Source: Candidatus Woesearchaeota archaeon
Lineage (GTDB): Archaea; Nanobdellota; Nanobdellia; Nanobdellales; CAZNIQ01
Assembly (NCBI GenBank): GCA_964573185.1
Contig: CAZNIQ010000027.1
Coordinates: forward strand, 1-7,606
Length of the DNA stretch: 7,606 nt
Direction of reading: 5' to 3'
Under the pieces are notes generated by a model. That model saw only the letters and a list, made by a program, of their open reading frames with translations. It did not search any database and was not told the origin of the DNA. The position numbers and the translations under genes are program-made. Below, piece by piece: positions 5,406 to 7,606 of this stretch (the first letter of the stretch is position 1; each line of letters opens with the position of its first letter).

Positions 5406-5451
5406 TTTTATTTTTTCTTAGTAGTTACTTCTTTTTTTATTTTTCTTTTTT
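5406..5451 (+). terminator. Oligo-T tracts; probable archaeal intrinsic terminator of the two-gene cassette
   Basis: Directly after the stop codon lie T4 (5406-5409), T6 (5411-5416), T7 (5432-5438), T5 (5440-5444) and T6 (5446-5451). Archaeal RNA polymerase terminates at oligo-T runs. No comparable run follows the rgy stop. Confidence 0.5.
5433..5443 (+). promoter_or_regulatory. Possible TATA-like element for a leaderless ppsA transcript
   Basis: tttttTATTTT is centred about 26-28 nt upstream of ATG 5466, and no Shine-Dalgarno sequence precedes that ATG. It cannot be separated from the overlapping T-rich terminator sequence. Confidence 0.3.
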
Positions 5452-5465
5452 AACTTAAAATTTTA

Positions 5466-7606
5466 ATGAAATATATCAAATGGTTTGAAGAGATTTCTAA
5501 AGAAGATATTGCTTTAGCAGGAGGTAAGGGTGCAAATCTAGGAGAAATGACAAAGATCGGAATTCCTGTTCCACCCGGTTTCGTTGTAACTTCCGAAGGC
5601 TATTGGAGATTCGTTGAATACAATAAGCTTAAAGAAAAAATCAAGGAAATTCTGGAGAAAACTAATATTAATAACCCTAAAGAACTTTTGGAAGCTTCTA
5701 AAAAAATTCAAGAATTGTTTATAAAAGGAGAGATACCGGAAGATCTGAAAAAAGAAATTCTGGAAGCATATAAGCAATTATCTAAAAGGTTTAATGAAGA
5801 GGAAACTTTTGTAGCTGTTAGATCCTCTGCTACAGCAGAAGACCTTCCACAAGCTTCTTTTGCCGGTCAGCAAGCAACATATCTTTGCATAAAAGGAGAA
5901 AAAGAACTTTTAGAGGCTGTTAAAAAATGTTGGGCTTCTCTTTGGACAGCAAGAGCTATACATTATAGAACAACTATGGGATTTGATCATATGAAAGTTG
6001 CTTTAGCAGTAGTGATCCAAAAGCAAATATTTTCAAAGAAATCCGGAATTATGTTTACAGCAGATCCTGTAAGAAATGACCTAAATACAATTTTAATTGA
6101 AGCTTCTTGGGGATTAGGAGAATCTATAGTTTCGGGAGAAGTTACACCTGATGAATATTATGTTGATAAAAAGACATTGGAAATTAAGGAAATAAGGATT
6201 AACGAAAAAGATGTTATGACAGTGTATGATGTTGAAAGAAAAACAACAGTTAAAAAGGAGGTTCCTCCTGAGTTAAGGAAAGCAAGGGTTTTAACCGATG
6301 AAGAGATAAAGACATTAGCAAAGATAGGATTAAAGCTTGAGGAACATTATGGTCATCCACAGGATATAGAATTTGCTATAGACGATGATGGTATTTGGAT
6401 AGTCCAAACTAGGAATATTACAACAATAAAACCCAGAAAAGAAGAAGAGGAAGAAGTTGAAGGAGAGATTGTACTTAAGGGTATTCCAGCTTCTCCGGGT
6501 ATAGGAACTGGAAGAGTGAAAATAATCTTAGGACCAGAAGATTTTGACAAGTTCCAAGAAGGAGACGTTCTTGTAGCAAAGATGACGAATCCTGATTACG
6601 AACCTTTAATGGCAAAGGCTTCTGCAATCGTTACAGATGAAGGAGGTATAAACTCCCATGCTGCAATAGTTGCTAGGGAATTAGGAAAGCCGGCAGTTGT
6701 TGGAACGAAGAATGCAACTAAAATACTAAAAGATGGAATGTTAATTACTGTAGATGGAACCCATGGAGTAGTATACAAAGGTAAAGTAGAAATACATGAG
6801 TTTACGAAAAAAGAGAAAGTTAAAGAAATAGCTTATGCTATTTATAAACCTATAACGGCTACAAGGATTATGCTAATAGCTTCGCACCCAGAGATAATTA
6901 GAAAGTATAAAGAAGCCGTAGATGGTATTGGATTACTAAGATTGGAATTCTTAATAGCTCAAGGAAGAAAACATCCAATATGGTACTTGAAGAATAACAA
7001 GCTTGAAGAGTATACAGAATTCCTTGTAAGGAAACTGAAGGAGATATTGAAAATAATGGATCCAAAACCAGTAATTGTAAGAACTCTAGATATGCGTACA
7101 GATGAATACAGAAATCTAGAAGGAGGAGAACTAGAACCTAAAGAAGCAAATCCTATGCTAGGTTGGCATGGAATAAGAAGATCCTTAGATCAACCAGAGT
7201 TATTTATGGCAGAATTAGAAGCTTACAAGATACTTAGAAAAGAATACGGATTCAAGAATCTATGGATTATGTTTCCTTTTGTGATCTCATGGGAAGAAGT
7301 TAAGGAAGCTAAAAGATATATGAGAAAAGCAGGTTTGACTCCTCATAAAGACGTTAAAGTAGGGATAATGGTAGAAACTCCAGCTGCGGCTTTAACCATT
7401 AAGGACATCATTAAAAAAGCTCGTATAGATTTCTTATCCTTCGGAACAAACGATCTAACTCAGTTAACATTGGGTGTGGATAGAAACAACGAACTAATAC
7501 AAAAGATTTATTCAGAAAAGCATCCTGCTGTAATAAAACAAATAAAATACGTAATTAAAGTCGCAAAGAAATATAATGTTTATACGTCAATCTGTGGACA
7601 AGCAGG
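5466..7606 (+). CDS. ppsA: Phosphoenolpyruvate synthase (pyruvate, water dikinase), 3'-truncated by the window edge (713 codons visible)
   Basis: Manual translation runs without a stop from ATG 5466 to the window end. It gives MKYIKWFEEISKEDIALAGGKGANLGEMTKIGIPVPPGFVVTSEGYWRF...VAVRSSATAEDLPQASFAGQQATYL (ATP-grasp / PPDK_N type). Next comes the swivel phospho-His domain, KMTNPDYEPLMAKASAIVTDEGGINSHAAIVARELGKPAVVG (His codon 6657-6659). The PEP-utilizer TIM-barrel motifs follow: NPMLGWHGIRR, SFGTNDLTQL and SICGQAG (Cys codon 7593-7595). Confidence 0.94.
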   Translation, partial: MKYIKWFEEISKEDIALAGGKGANLGEMTKIGIPVPPGFVVTSEGYWRFVEYNKLKEKIKEILEKTNINNPKELLEASKKIQELFIKGEIPEDLKKEILEAYKQLSKRFNEEETFVAVRSSATAEDLPQASFAGQQATYLCIKGEKELLEAVKKCWASLWTARAIHYRTTMGFDHMKVALAVVIQKQIFSKKSGIMFTADPVRNDLNTILIEASWGLGESIVSGEVTPDEYYVDKKTLEIKEIRINEKDVMTVYDVERKTTVKKEVPPELRKARVLTDEEIKTLAKIGLKLEEHYGHPQDIEFAIDDDGIWIVQTRNITTIKPRKEEEEEVEGEIVLKGIPASPGIGTGRVKIILGPEDFDKFQEGDVLVAKMTNPDYEPLMAKASAIVTDEGGINSHAAIVARELGKPAVVGTKNATKILKDGMLITVDGTHGVVYKGKVEIHEFTKKEKVKEIAYAIYKPITATRIMLIASHPEIIRKYKEAVDGIGLLRLEFLIAQGRKHPIWYLKNNKLEEYTEFLVRKLKEILKIMDPKPVIVRTLDMRTDEYRNLEGGELEPKEANPMLGWHGIRRSLDQPELFMAELEAYKILRKEYGFKNLWIMFPFVISWEEVKEAKRYMRKAGLTPHKDVKVGIMVETPAAALTIKDIIKKARIDFLSFGTNDLTQLTLGVDRNNELIQKIYSEKHPAVIKQIKYVIKVAKKYNVYTSICGQA

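Noticed and set aside
5538-5777. 79-aa minus-strand ORF
   Set aside because: It is antisense to the highly conserved N-terminal domain of ppsA. The F-rich product is a shadow-frame artefact.
6353-6550. 65-aa minus-strand ORF
   Set aside because: It is antisense to conserved ppsA sequence and has no independent support.
6596-6778. 60-aa minus-strand ORF
   Set aside because: It is antisense to the ppsA phospho-His domain and has no independent support.
5466-7606. Intein in ppsA, given that the neighbouring gene has two and a PEP synthase intein is known in M. jannaschii
   Set aside because: The 713 visible codons read as uninterrupted PpsA domains with no Hint or LAGLIDADG blocks. About the last 80-100 codons are outside the window and cannot be assessed.
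1-7606. Scan for CRISPR arrays, tRNA/rRNA genes, IS or transposase genes, and long tandem or inverted repeats
   Set aside because: None found by eye. The only two intergenic spacers are 67 and 60 nt, too short for such genes. The only mobile elements evident are the two inteins.

Overview
AT-rich window (sampled 60-nt lines are about 25-35% G+C) with four co-directional plus-strand genes. Leaderless-type BRE/TATA promoters, AGA/AGG/ATA codon usage and a reverse gyrase gene point to a hyperthermophilic archaeon, possibly crenarchaeal; this taxon guess is weak. (1) nt 1-3890 is the 5'-truncated topoisomerase half of reverse gyrase. Two inteins interrupt it and fill 713 of its 1295 visible codons. 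A 257-aa Ser1/Thr+1 intein with no recognisable endonuclease splits the Toprim DPD|TEGE motif. A 456-aa Cys1/Cys+1 intein with an intact double-LAGLIDADG homing endonuclease sits two residues before the catalytic tyrosine (GL|CTYHRTDS). (2) nt 3921-5451 is a self-contained bicistronic cassette with its own BRE/TATA, two ORFs of 171 and 310 aa joined by a TAATG overlap, and an oligo-T terminator. I recognise no family in either product. The ORFs meet inside a continuous low-complexity coding tract (Q-rich tail, then P/T-rich head). That tract contains a GC-rich self-complementary element built from locally atypical codons. This cassette is the best candidate for something undescribed, but its function cannot be read from the sequence. 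(3) nt 5466-7606 is a 3'-truncated PEP synthase with two departures from the active-site consensus as I remember it. I found no rRNA, tRNA, CRISPR array or transposase. All calls rest on manual translation and remembered motifs; no database search was possible.
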